Assembly (NCBI GenBank): GCA_015234045.1
Contig: JADFWU010000015.1
Location: 1,521-65,520 of the forward strand
Length of the DNA: 64,000 nucleotides
DNA from: Magnetococcales bacterium
Lineage (GTDB): Bacteria > Pseudomonadota > Magnetococcia > Magnetococcales > JADFWU01
Direction: 5' to 3'
Part shown: positions 51,409 through 62,086 of the stretch, piece by piece
How the letters are laid out: each line of letters begins with the position of its first letter
Numbering within the stretch: the first letter of the stretch is position 1
Made by a program: the position numbers and the translations under genes
Notes under the pieces: generated by a model
The model's input: only the letters and a program-made list of their open reading frames with translations
Database searches by the model: none
Told to the model about the DNA's origin: nothing

Positions 51409-53853
51409 TCAGGTTTCAGTGAAGACAAGTCGTGCTACATCGTCATACTTTTTGACATAGTGTACGGTAAAGCCATCACGGATATATTCAGGTACTTCAT
51501 CAAAATCTTTACGGCATGCATCAGGAAGGATCAGTTCACGAATACCCACACGGCGTGCGGCAATAACTTTCTCACGAATACCGCCAACAGGGAGGACATG
51601 ACCTGTTACAGTCAATTCGCCAGTCATGGCAAGAGGACGGGTAACGGCTTTGTTTTTGACCAAAGAGAGCAGTGCGGTTGTCATGGTGACACCTGCTGAA
51701 GGGCCATCTTTGGGAGTGGCACCTTCTGGCACATGAAGATGGAACAAACCGTTGAGACGCTCTTCCTTAAAGCCCAGTTTTACGCGGTTGGCTTTGAGGT
51801 AGCTATAGGCAATCTGCGCGGACTCTTTCATCACATCGCCTAACTGACCGGTCAGTTGAATGCCGGGTTTGTCGCCTCCGGTGTTGATGGCTTCAATTGC
51901 CAGAGTTGCGCCACCCATAGCCGTCCAGGCCAGACCGGTTATTACACCAATACCTTTCAGTGGTTTCTCTTTGCGGAAGTCAGGTTTTCCGAGAAAATCT
52001 TCCACATCACTTTGTGCTACTGTGATCGGTTTTTCGGCATCCTCTTCAACAATTTTAACGGCTGATTTACGGGCGATTGTGCCGATTTTCTGTTCAAGAC
52101 GGCGCACACCTGCTTCACGTGCATAACCGTCAGCAATGGTACGCAATGCCCCGGCTGTAATCCGTAGATCTCCTTTGACCAATCCATTCTTATCCAACTG
52201 TTTAGGAATCAGATGGTTGCGGGCAATACGCAGTTTTTCTTCTGTGATATAGCCGGACAGGCGGATGATTTCCATACGATCCATCAATGGACGCGGAATG
52301 GTATCCAACTGGTTAGCGGTACAGATGAAGAGTACTTTGGAAAGATCAAAGCGCACATCCAGATAGTGATCAAGAAATTCATTGTTTTGTTCTGGGTCAA
52401 GCACTTCAAGCAGAGCAGAGGCGGGATCACCTTGATAACTTGCACCAATTTTATCAATTTCATCCAACATGATAATCGGATTGGATACCTTGGTATGGCG
52501 GATAGCTTGAACAAACTTACCGGGCATAGCACCGACATAGGTACGGCGGTGACCTTTGATTTCTGCTTCATCCCGCATGCCGCCTACTGAGAACCGATAG
52601 AACTCACGACCTACCGCACGGGCCACAGAGCGACCGATGGATGTTTTGCCTACACCGGGTGGACCCACCAGCAGGATGATGGAGCCTCCGATTTCGCCTT
52701 TCAGCTTACCAACGGCTAGAAACTCCAAAATACGTTCTTTAACGTCTTCCAGGCCGTCATGATCCTGATTGAGGATTTTTCTGGCGCGTTTGATATCCAA
52801 TTTATCCTTAGAGTGGATTCCCCAAGGAAGAATCGTCAACCAATCTACATAGTTACGTGTAACGCCATACTCTGAACTACTATTTTCAAGCACGGAGAGT
52901 TTATCCAGTTCTTCCTGAATTTTTTCTTCAGCCTCTTCACTCAGAGTACGGGTTTTCAGGCGTTTCTTGAATTTTTCAACATCATGTGTGCGGTCATCCT
53001 TGGTGATACCAAGCTCTTTTTGAATCTCTTTGAGCTGTTCACGTAGGAAAAATTGACGCTGATTTTCAGAGATGCCCTGTTCAACCTGTTTGGAGATTTT
53101 ATCTTGCAGGCGCACCATTTCCAGCTCTTTTTTCAGCAGAGCAAGAACTTTTTCAAGGCGATTCTGGATACTGATCGTTTCCAGAATTTCCTGGAGTTCC
53201 TCTCGGTTGGAACTTGTCATGGAGGCGACAAAGTCCGCCAGCCGGTCTGGTTCGCTAAAATTGTGTCTCGACAGGAACATCTTTACCTGTTCCTGATAGA
53301 GTGAGTCATACTTCAGGATATCTTTCAGCGTGTTAATTACCGCCATGGTATAAGGCTTAAGAGCCTCGATTTCCTGAGATGATTCAAGGGGTTTGTTGTC
53401 GTGAATAACACGGGCAACGATAGGCGGTGTTTTTTGGACGACCTCGCTGATTTCAAATCGGGAGATACCTTCAGCCAATAGCTTAATCTGTTTATCGCCT
53501 TCGTTGATGGCCGCTTCCATAATGCGTGCCACAGTACCGATGCGATACAGTTTGTCAGCTTCGAACACCTCTGCGCCATCCTCAGCATGGCTTAGGACAA
53601 TACCAAACACTTTACCGGGGGCTTCAAGTGCGGTCTTGATAGTGTCGTAATAGGGAGAGCCTTCCACCTGAATTGGTGTAAGCATGCCTGGGAAGAAGGG
53701 ACGACCGCCCAAGGGATAGATGACCAATTCAGTGGGCAGAACATCTTCTACGCGCACAGGCGGGCCGGATTTGCCTTCCAAGGGATCTATCGACACCTCT
53801 TCTTCGATGATGGCATCGACAACTTCCTCATTGAGTTCTTCATTATCGGACAT
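51409..53853 (-). CDS. lon: ATP-dependent Lon protease
   Basis: The LON N-domain, Walker [17 protein letters not shown], and protease-domain [13 protein letters not shown] with Ser-Lys dyad context are present. Confidence 0.97.
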   Translation of the reverse strand: MSDNEELNEEVVDAIIEEEVSIDPLEGKSGPPVRVEDVLPTELVIYPLGGRPFFPGMLTPIQVEGSPYYDTIKTALEAPGKVFGIVLSHAEDGAEVFEADKLYRIGTVARIMEAAINEGDKQIKLLAEGISRFEISEVVQKTPPIVARVIHDNKPLESSQEIEALKPYTMAVINTLKDILKYDSLYQEQVKMFLSRHNFSEPDRLADFVASMTSSNREELQEILETISIQNRLEKVLALLKKELEMVRLQDKISKQVEQGISENQRQFFLREQLKEIQKELGITKDDRTHDVEKFKKRLKTRTLSEEAEEKIQEELDKLSVLENSSSEYGVTRNYVDWLTILPWGIHSKDKLDIKRARKILNQDHDGLEDVKERILEFLAVGKLKGEIGGSIILLVGPPGVGKTSIGRSVARAVGREFYRFSVGGMRDEAEIKGHRRTYVGAMPGKFVQAIRHTKVSNPIIMLDEIDKIGASYQGDPASALLEVLDPEQNNEFLDHYLDVRFDLSKVLFICTANQLDTIPRPLMDRMEIIRLSGYITEEKLRIARNHLIPKQLDKNGLVKGDLRITAGALRTIADGYAREAGVRRLEQKIGTIARKSAVKIVEEDAEKPITVAQSDVEDFLGKPDFRKEKPLKGIGVITGLAWTAMGGATLAIEAINTGGDKPGIQLTGQLGDVMKESAQIAYSYLKANRVKLGFKEERLNGLFHLHVPEGATPKDGPSAGVTMTTALLSLVKNKAVTRPLAMTGELTVTGHVLPVGGIREKVIAARRVGIRELILPDACRKDFDEVPEYIRDGFTVHYVKKYDDVARLVFTET

Positions 53854-54084
53854 TTTGATCCCTCAAGCGTATTTAATCCATCAACAGAGTGTGCAGGGTT
53901 TTGACGCTTTGTTATGCAAAGTAGGTTCTCAATCGTCAACGGGTTGATACCGTCTATGATGACGATATGCCTGCAACCGCGCAGATTCTATTGTATATGG
54001 TAATGAATGGTGCTCAAATCAAGCACTCAAGCATTTTTTCCTTCTTTGTAATCGCAATCACAGGGCCAACGCATCATTAAATGA

Positions 54085-54122
54085 CAAAAAAGCCCCGACA
54101 TCCAGGATGCGGGGCTTTTTGC
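54085..54122 (-). terminator. rho-independent terminator downstream of erpA
   Basis: On the minus strand, GCCCCG-catcctggatgt-CGGGGC is followed by TTTTTT. An A-run on the other side makes it potentially bidirectional. Confidence 0.7.
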
Positions 54123-54142
54123 GAATAAGTACCAAAAGGAAC

Positions 54143-54502
54143 TTATGAGTAGCTACAGCCACCACCACCGCCTTCAGCAGGTGTGAAGGATTTACCACAG
54201 CCACAACTGCTGGCTGCATTGGGATTCTTGATGACGAATTGAGCACCGGAGAGATCTTCAACAAAATCTACTTCTGAACCATTCAAGTAGTTAATGGAGA
54301 CCGGGTCAACCAGTACTTTAACGCCATCTCTTTCAACCATCACGTCTTTGGTGTCTTGATTTTCATCAAAGGTGAAACCGTACTGAAAGCCCGAACAGCC
54401 ACCGCCGGAAACGAAGATCCGCAGTTTGAGATTGGGATTATTTTCTTCTTTAATCAGGCTAGAAAGCTTTTTAGCGGCATTGGAAGTCAGGGTAAGCGAC
54501 AT
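54143..54502 (-). CDS. erpA: iron-sulfur cluster insertion protein ErpA/IscA family
   Basis: [21 protein letters not shown] and a C-terminal CGCGKSF are present. It carries an unusual extension, [13 protein letters not shown]. Confidence 0.85.
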   Translation of the reverse strand: MSLTLTSNAAKKLSSLIKEENNPNLKLRIFVSGGGCSGFQYGFTFDENQDTKDVMVERDGVKVLVDPVSINYLNGSEVDFVEDLSGAQFVIKNPNAASSCGCGKSFTPAEGGGGGCSYS

Positions 54503-55164
54503 GAAACGCTCCTCGTTTATGGTGTAATTTTGTAAAAACAGATTCTGATAAGCATGGATGATTGGTCAGAGCAATCAATTCTCTACCGTATTCTATAGAA
54601 TAAAAAACGCCCATCCGCCAGAAATTTGTTACCAACACAATTCTAATCTAACATACTATAGTTCAGATGTCAACTATTTTGTCGGTATCTCGTCAAGGAC
54701 GAGCGCATTACCTACTTTGATGTTACAACGTTTGAAATGGTTCCCTTGTACGTGAAATTGATTATCCATGTGCACCGTTCAAACCACCGACTTTAGCCGG
54801 ATTCGGACTTTTAGTCTGCAATACGAATCCACCTGTTTTAGCGGGTGGTTGTTCAGTGTGAACCGAAATTATACTCTATCAATCGGTAGGCTCGGAAAAG
54901 ATGGTATTGCTTCGGGGGAGTTATCCAGATACCCATTTGGCGGATCTGTCGTGTTTTGTGGAGGCTATTGGGCGGATGAGGTCGGGAAAGGTTTACAAGC
55001 AGATCGGCTATGATGGTCTGCTTGGCAAAATAACAATGCCGGTTTTGGGTTATCTACCATCAGGGATCAGGAAAAATTATTTCTGATGCCCTGAGGTATT
55101 TACCGTTTACACACTATACTGCGCGGATGGCGGATTAGCCTACCATCCTGATATTGAGATGTAA

Positions 55165-55350
55165 TTACTTGGAAAAATTGTTCCACTGATCCACAATCTG
55201 ACGACGTTGGTGATCACGGGTGCGGTTAATGGTCCGGCGTGTCATTTTGCGGAACATATCTTCTTGGCCACTGTAGCGTTTTAGGCGTTTACCAGCACCA
55301 GAAGTTGTAAAAATTGCGCTACTTGAAGTGGTGTTTGAAATGTTAAACAT
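55165..55350 (-). CDS. hypothetical small basic protein (61 aa)
   Basis: The ATG follows a GAGGAT RBS. The protein is Ser/Thr-rich, then Arg-rich. I recognised no family. Confidence 0.4.
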   Translation of the reverse strand: MFNISNTTSSSAIFTTSGAGKRLKRYSGQEDMFRKMTRRTINRTRDHQRRQIVDQWNNFSK

Positions 55351-55406
55351 GGCTAATCCTCACAGAGTTTCTATTTGAAAATGACGGCTTATATTTTCCG
55401 TCTTAA

Positions 55407-55619
55407 TTAACGGTCGTATTCTTGGCGTTCCAGAACCACATCCAGTGTGGTTAACAGAGTAAACGCGATCAGAGTCATGATCTGGGAGTAGAGTAAAACA
55501 GTGCTGATTGAGTATCCCGAAAAACTGCCGATCAAGGCGGTGACCGGTGTAATGATGCAAAATACCACTACGAAGGTCAGGATCTGCTCTTTTTTGTTTA
55601 CTAACATTTTCCAGTTCAT
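55407..55619 (-). CDS. hypothetical small membrane protein (70 aa, 2 predicted TM helices)
   Basis: The ATG at 55619 follows GGAGAAAG. Hydrophobic stretches are ILTFVVVFCIITPVTALIGSF and VLLYSQIMTLIAFTLLTTL. Confidence 0.4.
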   Translation of the reverse strand: MNWKMLVNKKEQILTFVVVFCIITPVTALIGSFSGYSISTVLLYSQIMTLIAFTLLTTLDVVLERQEYDR

Positions 55620-55737
55620 TGTACTTTCTCCTTCAGAGTCTTCCATGACTAATTGGGTGTGTTATTTGTTGCGTTTATCACGTCCTTGTAATTTACCTAA
55701 GCAATTATGTTGCCAATTTTTTTTAAGGCTGGGTCGT

Positions 55738-56817
55738 ATGCGTCAATTAATTTTATATTTCACTGTTTTTATTGTTATTTTTCTGAGTGGTTGTGTGCCG
55801 ATATCTTACTATATCCAGGCGATCAACGGTCAATTGGATGTGTGGAATCGTCGTCAGCCTGTTGACGATTGGCTTTCTAACACAGCCATTGATGCGACGT
55901 TGAAAAGCCGTCTTCAACGGGCTAACAGTTTGAGAAACTACGCGATTACAGAGTTGGGACTGCCGGATCATGGTTCGTTTCGTCAATATGCCGACCTACA
56001 ACGTGCTCATGCAGTGTGGGCGGTAGTGGCGACACCGGAATTTTCTTTACAGCCGGTTTCATGGTGTTTTCCGGTGGTGGGGTGTCTTTCATATCGGGGC
56101 TATTTTGTCGAGCGGGATGCAGAAGTGTTTGCTGATACACTGCGAGAAACGGGGCAGGATGTTCAAATTAATGGCGTGCCGGCTTATTCCACTTTGGGAT
56201 GGTTTGCCGACCCGTTGCTCAATACTTTTATCCATTGGCCACAGGGGCACCTTGCTGGACTGATTTTTCATGAGATGGCACATGAAAAGCTCTATATTGC
56301 CGATGATACGACCTTTAATGAATCCTTTGCTGAATCGGTAGCGCAAATTGGGGTCAGAAAATGGTTCACTGAAAACGGGCTGGTAGACCAAATGGATCGT
56401 TATGAATCCTATTTGGAGCAGAAACGCACTTTTCTTCAGCTTGTGGCAGAAACGCGCCATACACTGGAACAGCTTTATGCCTCTGAAAAGAGCGAGATAG
56501 AAAAACGAACGGAAAAAAAACGGGTGATAGAGGCCATGCGCCAATCCTATATCATCTACAAAGGGGGTAACACAGAGCCGATGGCTTATGATGGTTGGTT
56601 CGAGTCGGAAATCAATAACGCCAAACTGGCCACTGTTTCCACCTATTCAAAATGGGTTCCGGCATTTCTGGCGCTATACAGAGAACAAGGTAATGATTTG
56701 GATCGGTACTACACTGAGATTCAGCGTGTATCAGAATTGCCCATCGCTCAGAGAGAGGCGGTTCTTGCGTGTATTGGTAATACGGAAGAGTCCTGCAACA
56801 AGGAGAGTCCCAAGTGA
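55738..56817 (+). CDS. predicted aminopeptidase (zinc metalloprotease, DUF2265/COG4324-like) lipoprotein
   Basis: The lipobox is VIFLSGC|VPIS. HExxH occurs in LIFHEMAHEKLYIADDTTFNESFAESVA. The track start at 55501 is rejected. Confidence 0.72.
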   Translation: MRQLILYFTVFIVIFLSGCVPISYYIQAINGQLDVWNRRQPVDDWLSNTAIDATLKSRLQRANSLRNYAITELGLPDHGSFRQYADLQRAHAVWAVVATPEFSLQPVSWCFPVVGCLSYRGYFVERDAEVFADTLRETGQDVQINGVPAYSTLGWFADPLLNTFIHWPQGHLAGLIFHEMAHEKLYIADDTTFNESFAESVAQIGVRKWFTENGLVDQMDRYESYLEQKRTFLQLVAETRHTLEQLYASEKSEIEKRTEKKRVIEAMRQSYIIYKGGNTEPMAYDGWFESEINNAKLATVSTYSKWVPAFLALYREQGNDLDRYYTEIQRVSELPIAQREAVLACIGNTEESCNKESPK

Positions 56818-57497
56818 AACACGATGGTGTTCACGGTATACCAACGCAGGGAACCGTTGTCTTGATTCACGGTTTATGGATGCGCGGATGGGAGATGCGG
56901 TTGTTGGGGCGGCGGATTAAACAGAGTGGTTTTAAAGTGTGCTATTTCAGCTATCCATCCATACGCCGCTCGGTGAGTGATAATGCACAACAGCTGAGTA
57001 ACTTTCTACGCGCTCTGCCCGCGTGGCAACAGGCTCCACAGGATGTGCATTTGGTGTGTCATAGTCTGGGTGGATTGGTCAGTCTGACGATGCTACATCG
57101 TGATCCAACGCTTCGGCTTGGGCGTGTGGTTGCCATTGGTTCACCGTTTTATGGCAGTTGGATTGCCAAGAAACTGTCACGTGGACCGTTGAAAATATTT
57201 TTTGGGAAAAGCATGCACAATGGGCTGGGCGGTGGTGGACCGGATAGCGTGCCAGAGCAGAGAGAGATCGCAGTGATTGCCGGTTCAATTGGTTCTAAAT
57301 TCACGCCACTGTATTGGCTTCGCAGTCTATTTTATAAGGGATTGCCAAAACCAAACGATGGTACGGTCACTGTTGCAGAAACGCAGTTGATCGGCACAAG
57401 TTGGCACAGGACAATCGCGTTAAACCATATGGCCTTGCTTTTTCCGAGGACGATAGCAGAATGGATCGTGGAATGGCTGATCCAGCAACGGCAATAA
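56814..57497 (+). CDS. alpha/beta hydrolase (lipase/esterase-like)
   Basis: VVLIHGLWMRG and the nucleophile elbow VCHSLGG are present. The GTG start overlaps the upstream stop (GTGA). Confidence 0.72.
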   Translation: MKHDGVHGIPTQGTVVLIHGLWMRGWEMRLLGRRIKQSGFKVCYFSYPSIRRSVSDNAQQLSNFLRALPAWQQAPQDVHLVCHSLGGLVSLTMLHRDPTLRLGRVVAIGSPFYGSWIAKKLSRGPLKIFFGKSMHNGLGGGGPDSVPEQREIAVIAGSIGSKFTPLYWLRSLFYKGLPKPNDGTVTVAETQLIGTSWHRTIALNHMALLFPRTIAEWIVEWLIQQRQ

Positions 57498-57521
57498 CAT
57501 CAACTGGTAGAACATCAAGAC

Positions 57522-58151
57522 TCAATCATGATCCGAGTTAAAAATAATGCGGGGCAGTGGACCACTCTTTAACTGATCTACACGAACTTGAACGATACTG
57601 GCCATGGGAAGCATCAAGCGAGAAAGATGGTGCAGAGGCGTGCAGGTGATGGACGCAATGATGATACGTAACACACCACTATGGGCGATAAGTAATAGGT
57701 GTTCGGTATCATGCATGGCGAGGGTATCATCCCAGGCTGCCAGGACACGTTCCTGAAGTTGTGAAAGATGTTCACCTTCGGGTGGCGGGTTGTTGAGCGG
57801 ATCTTCCCAGAAGCTACGCAGAAGATGTTCATCTTCTGAGGTGAGAATATCTTCGGCAGTGCGTCCTTCCCAGCGCCCAAAGTTTAACTCTTGGAGGCGA
57901 TCATCAATGGTCAGGGGAATGGTCAGCTTATCAGAGAGTTCACGGGCGAAATCCGAGCAACGGCAAAGCGGTGATGTAACAATACGAGTCCAGGCTCTTT
58001 TCCTGAGGACGGCACAGCGCATCTGATCCCAGCCAAGGGTGCTAAGAGGATCATTGACAGATCCGCGATATCGAGTGCCACCTTCAGGTTCTCCATGTCG
58101 AAGCAAGTCAACCAGGGTTGGTGGACCGACAGCACTGGAACGTATTTTCAT
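57522..58151 (-). CDS. cobC: histidine phosphatase family protein, probable alpha-ribazole phosphatase
   Basis: The LLRHGEPEG (RHG) motif and a later H in IAHSGVLR are present. A 4-nt overlap places it downstream of cobT. Confidence 0.7.
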   Translation of the reverse strand: MKIRSSAVGPPTLVDLLRHGEPEGGTRYRGSVNDPLSTLGWDQMRCAVLRKRAWTRIVTSPLCRCSDFARELSDKLTIPLTIDDRLQELNFGRWEGRTAEDILTSEDEHLLRSFWEDPLNNPPPEGEHLSQLQERVLAAWDDTLAMHDTEHLLLIAHSGVLRIIIASITCTPLHHLSRLMLPMASIVQVRVDQLKSGPLPRIIFNSDHD

Positions 58152-59224
58152 CGACGCGCAACTCCTGTTTGTTCAAGGGTACAGCTTTTATCCAACAGTG
58201 TGCAGGCCATTTCCAACATGGGATAGGCAACCATAGCGCCAACACCTTGACCGGTATGCATGCCCAGATCCACAAGCGGTGTTGCTTCGATGGCATTGAG
58301 GATAGAACGTTGTCCAGGCTCGGCAGCATGGTGGGCAAAAATGAGCCAATTTTTAGTGGGTGGGCGTAGCGTGACAGCCACCAAGGCAGCTACTGTAGCG
58401 GTGAAGCCATCCACAAGGGCGGCAATGCCTTCCTGAGCGCAGGCGATATACATGCCGGCCAGGGCAGCGATTTCAAAGCCACCCAGATATTGCAGCGTAT
58501 CCAGAGGTGTTCTTAAGAAAGTGATATGAAATTCAACGCATCCTTGGATAATTTGCGCTTTACGCACCATACCGTTTTCATCGACACCGGAGCCTGGGCC
58601 GGAAACCAGTTCAGGACTCAATCCCAACAGTGCAGAGGCGATAGCACCGGCAGCAGTGGTATTCCCTACGCCCAGTTCACCACCTATGATGACTTTTGTA
58701 CCTTGTTCGGCTGCACGCAGAACAGCATCCCGACCAGCGATCATGGCCTGAGACATTTGGGAAATGCTCATGGCAGGGTGAGTCAGCAGATGGGCTGTAC
58801 CACCGGCAACACGTGCATCAACCAAATTGTCGTGGGCTTCGATAGGATGGGCCAGTCCGACATTGACCAATTCAAACGGAATGTTTCGACTATTGGCCAA
58901 AGCGGAGATAGGGGCAGTGCCATTGAGGACTTGTTGAGAAAAAATAGCGGTAGCGCTTTGATCAAAAGCGGAGACATGATCTTCAGCGGTTACACCATGA
59001 TCTCCGGCGAATACCACAACACGGGCTGGATTGGCCGTGGGGGAGAGCGTGTCTTGCTGTGCGGCCAGTTGGATAACAAGATCTTCCAGAATGCCAAAAC
59101 CACCGAGCGGTTTAGCCAGGGACGCGAGTTTTTTTCGCGCTTCACGGGCTGATCCACTGGACGTAGAGCGAATGGCCTTTCGAATCCAGGAATGGGGCAC
59201 AGTTTTCTCCTTCTGGCAGACCAA
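58148..59224 (-). CDS. cobT: nicotinate-nucleotide--dimethylbenzimidazole phosphoribosyltransferase
   Basis: LAKPLGGFGILEDL, FAGDHGV and GGELGVGNTTAAGAI motifs are present. Confidence 0.9.
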   Translation of the reverse strand: MVCQKEKTVPHSWIRKAIRSTSSGSAREARKKLASLAKPLGGFGILEDLVIQLAAQQDTLSPTANPARVVVFAGDHGVTAEDHVSAFDQSATAIFSQQVLNGTAPISALANSRNIPFELVNVGLAHPIEAHDNLVDARVAGGTAHLLTHPAMSISQMSQAMIAGRDAVLRAAEQGTKVIIGGELGVGNTTAAGAIASALLGLSPELVSGPGSGVDENGMVRKAQIIQGCVEFHITFLRTPLDTLQYLGGFEIAALAGMYIACAQEGIAALVDGFTATVAALVAVTLRPPTKNWLIFAHHAAEPGQRSILNAIEATPLVDLGMHTGQGVGAMVAYPMLEMACTLLDKSCTLEQTGVARR

Positions 59225-59534
59225 TTGCCCACTGGATGGGAAAAGGGTTTGACAGCTTGGACAACAGGCAATCAGTAACAGATTGCAACCTGTTGATTAA
59301 CAATAGAAACAAACAAAAGTACAATTTATCAATAACAAGGTAAAACAAATCCGCAAAGGGAGCAAGGTTCAGGCTCTATTATATTGATGGATATTGGCAA
59401 CATTGAAGCGCATGATTGGAAAGTAAAGAGTTGTTGTGATGATGTTGCGAAAGTGCGTGCAATCATCGTACAGTATGCAGCCTGTTTCATAGAAAGTCGT
59501 ATTCATACATTCTACAAAAAGTTGGGAGTTTGTC

Positions 59535-61244
59535 ATGCAGGAGGCCATCAACGCCTTGATCCAGTCCACTTTGAGCCGAATGACCGATGACGGTCTGTTT
59601 CCTGCTGATGTCACTCTGTCGTTTAAAGTGGAGCGACCCCGTGAAAAAGAGCATGGCGATTTTGCCACCAATGCTGCGTTGGTGAATGCCCGGCATGCGC
59701 GTATGAAACCCAGGGATCTTGCCGAAAAAATTCTAGCCGCTTTGCCAGAACATCAAACATTGGTGGATCGCTGGGAAGTGGCGGGGCCGGGCTTTATCAA
59801 CTTCTTTATCACCAAATCGCGTTTAAGGGGGTTGGTGACTGAGATTCAGGATGCTGGAGAGACTTACGGCAGATCCACAATTGGAGCTGGCAAGCGGGTG
59901 CAAGTGGAGTTTGTTTCTGCCAATCCAACCGGGCCGATGCATGTGGGGCATGGTCGTGGTGCGGTGTTGGGTGATGCGTTGTCATCTATTCTGACTGCGG
60001 CTGGATTTGAGGTGGAAAAAGAGTATTACATCAATGATGCGGGTGCTCAGGTTAAAGTGTTGGCGCATTCGTTATTGATCCGGTATCGGGCGTTGTTTGG
60101 TGAAAGCGTCACCATTCCTGAAGGGTGTTATCCCGGTGACTATGTTATTGAGCTTGCCGAGGTTTTAAAGGCGCGTGATGGGGATCGTTGGCTCTCTCTT
60201 TCTGCACAAGAAATGGCCGATCCTCCAGATGAACTGGTTGAATTTTCAATCAATGCCATGATGGATATCATCAAGGGTGATCTAAAGAGTATTCGAATAG
60301 AGTTCGATCACTTCTTCTCGGAACAGACATTGCATAAAGAGGGAGGGATTGATCAGGCTGTTCAGACACTGGCAGATCGTGAATTGGTCTACGAAGGTGT
60401 TTTAGAGCCGCCCAAAGGCAAAAAGCTGGACGATTGGGAGCCGCGACCACAAACGCTGTTTCGTGCTTCGGAACATGGTGATCAAGTGGACCGGCCTTTA
60501 AAGAAGTCAGACGGCAGTTATACCTATTTTGCTGCGGATATTGCGTACCATTTGAACAAGGCCCAGCGTGGATTTGATCGATTGATCAATGTCTGGGGTG
60601 CGGATCATGGTGGCTATGTCAAACGGGTCCAAGTGGCTTTGGAGGCGTTGACCGGTAAGAAAGATCTGTTGGATGTCAAACTGGTTCAGATGGTCAATCT
60701 GACCCGAGGCGGCGAGCCGGTTAAGATGTCCAAGCGTTCAGGCACGTTTGTCACTTTGCGTGAAGTGATTGATGAAGTGGGTGCTGATCCGATTCGTTTC
60801 TGGTTTTTGACCCGTTCGGCTGGGTCACAGCTGGATTTTGATCTTCAATTGGCTGTGTCCAAGTCCAATGATAATCCGGTGTTTTATGTGCAGTATGCCC
60901 ATGCGCGTATTCATTCGGTTTGGCGTCAGTTGAAGGAGCGTGGTATAGCGAAAAAATGGGGATCACTGGACTTTTTGGAATTGGATGCAGAAATGGATCT
61001 GATTCGGATGTTGTCTCAGTATCCAGAAAATGTGGAGAGTGCAGCCCTCAGTGGTGAACCGCACCGTGTGCCGTTTTACCTGCTTGAGTTGGCAGCCGCT
61101 TTTCATGCTTACTACAATGGCCATCGGATTCTGGTTGATGATGATGATGTGCGCGGTGCGCGGTTGGCGTTGATAGATGCTGTGCGCCAAGTACTCTATA
61201 ATGGTCTCACCCTCCTGGGGGTTGAGCCCCGGGAAGAGATGTGA
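59535..61244 (+). CDS. argS: arginine--tRNA ligase
   Basis: ANPTGPMHVGHGRGAVLGDAL (HIGH-type) and MSKRSG (KMSKS-type) motifs and the DALR anticodon-binding C-terminus are present. Confidence 0.95.
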   Translation: MQEAINALIQSTLSRMTDDGLFPADVTLSFKVERPREKEHGDFATNAALVNARHARMKPRDLAEKILAALPEHQTLVDRWEVAGPGFINFFITKSRLRGLVTEIQDAGETYGRSTIGAGKRVQVEFVSANPTGPMHVGHGRGAVLGDALSSILTAAGFEVEKEYYINDAGAQVKVLAHSLLIRYRALFGESVTIPEGCYPGDYVIELAEVLKARDGDRWLSLSAQEMADPPDELVEFSINAMMDIIKGDLKSIRIEFDHFFSEQTLHKEGGIDQAVQTLADRELVYEGVLEPPKGKKLDDWEPRPQTLFRASEHGDQVDRPLKKSDGSYTYFAADIAYHLNKAQRGFDRLINVWGADHGGYVKRVQVALEALTGKKDLLDVKLVQMVNLTRGGEPVKMSKRSGTFVTLREVIDEVGADPIRFWFLTRSAGSQLDFDLQLAVSKSNDNPVFYVQYAHARIHSVWRQLKERGIAKKWGSLDFLELDAEMDLIRMLSQYPENVESAALSGEPHRVPFYLLELAAAFHAYYNGHRILVDDDDVRGARLALIDAVRQVLYNGLTLLGVEPREEM

Positions 61245-61948
61245 ACCCAAGATATCCCACAAGATCACGCTATCGGCGTCATCGGAATAGAAATGCGATT
61301 GGCTCGCCCTTGCTAGTCAAGGGTATGCTGTTTGTTTTGGCTATTGGTCTGTTTTTCACGCTATTTTCTGGTGGTCAAGAGCGTGTCGTTTCTGACGGTG
61401 TCGTACCAGAGCCGATGATGCCTGTTATAGAACCGTCTGAAATTTCTTCACCAGAGCCTCCTCAAGTGGTTGTTAATCAACAAGAGGTCCCGCCAATAAC
61501 GCCCATGCTGCATCCACCGCCGCCAAAGTTGCATAAACCGGATATTGATCTGCGTTTTTATCAGGATTTAGTCAAGCGCGAGTTTGTTCTACCGCCTGAA
61601 CCAACCCCGGAGGAGAGTAAAAAAGGCGTTGATTTGGCGTTATTGGCCAATATGCCAGAGATAAAACCCGCACCACCGCCGGTTTCAATCAATAATGGCT
61701 GGGGTTCACAATCCTTTGTGGTCCAACTGGCCGCCTATCCAGAGCTTCAGGAAGCAGAAGGGGTTGCACGTATTTTACAGCGTGATGAAGCACCCTCTCA
61801 TGTCATGCGGATGATTATTCGGGGCAGGGATGTCTTTCAAGTACGTCTCGGACCCTATGACACACGGGCTGAAGCCGCACAAGCGGCAATGCGTTGGAAA
61901 ATGGATGACCATTCGGCATTGATCATGCCTTACGATGGGGGGCGTTAG
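61241..61948 (+). CDS. SPOR domain-containing (peptidoglycan-binding, FtsN-like) protein
   Basis: A basic N-terminus, one TM segment, a Pro-rich linker and a C-terminal SPOR pattern FVVQLAAYPELQEAEGVARIL.........VFQVRLGPYDTRAEAAQA are present. The GTG start overlaps the argS stop. Confidence 0.78.
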   Translation: MNPRYPTRSRYRRHRNRNAIGSPLLVKGMLFVLAIGLFFTLFSGGQERVVSDGVVPEPMMPVIEPSEISSPEPPQVVVNQQEVPPITPMLHPPPPKLHKPDIDLRFYQDLVKREFVLPPEPTPEESKKGVDLALLANMPEIKPAPPPVSINNGWGSQSFVVQLAAYPELQEAEGVARILQRDEAPSHVMRMIIRGRDVFQVRLGPYDTRAEAAQAAMRWKMDDHSALIMPYDGGR

Positions 61949-62044
61949 CTGGTAAGAACGTATTGGGAGTTCTGGACGAGGGAGGCCAGCGGTTTGCCGG
62001 TGGGTTCAGTGGCAAGTTCTTTAAAGGGCTCTGCCCTTGCCCCG

Positions 62045-62070
62045 CTGGAAAGGAGCTCGCTCCTTTCCAG
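62045..62070. terminator. strong hairpin between convergent SPOR gene and thrS
   Basis: CTGGAAAGGAGC-tc-GCTCCTTTCCAG is a perfect 12-bp palindrome. The flanking T/A runs are weak. Confidence 0.4.
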
Positions 62071-62086
62071 ACCTATCCATTTATTT

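Noticed and set aside
54768-55086. The ORFs 54768-55013 and 54901-55086 (+) as protein-coding genes.
   Set aside because: They have no RBS and mutually overlapping frames, and I recognise no motifs. The region is treated as non-coding and flagged for an ncRNA search instead.
59225-59370. A possible cobalamin riboswitch upstream of cobT (minus strand). GGTCTGCC near the start resembles the end of the B12 box.
   Set aside because: I could not find the rest of the B12 box or the conserved GGGAA/GCCACTG core elements in the right order. A covariance-model scan is needed before any call.
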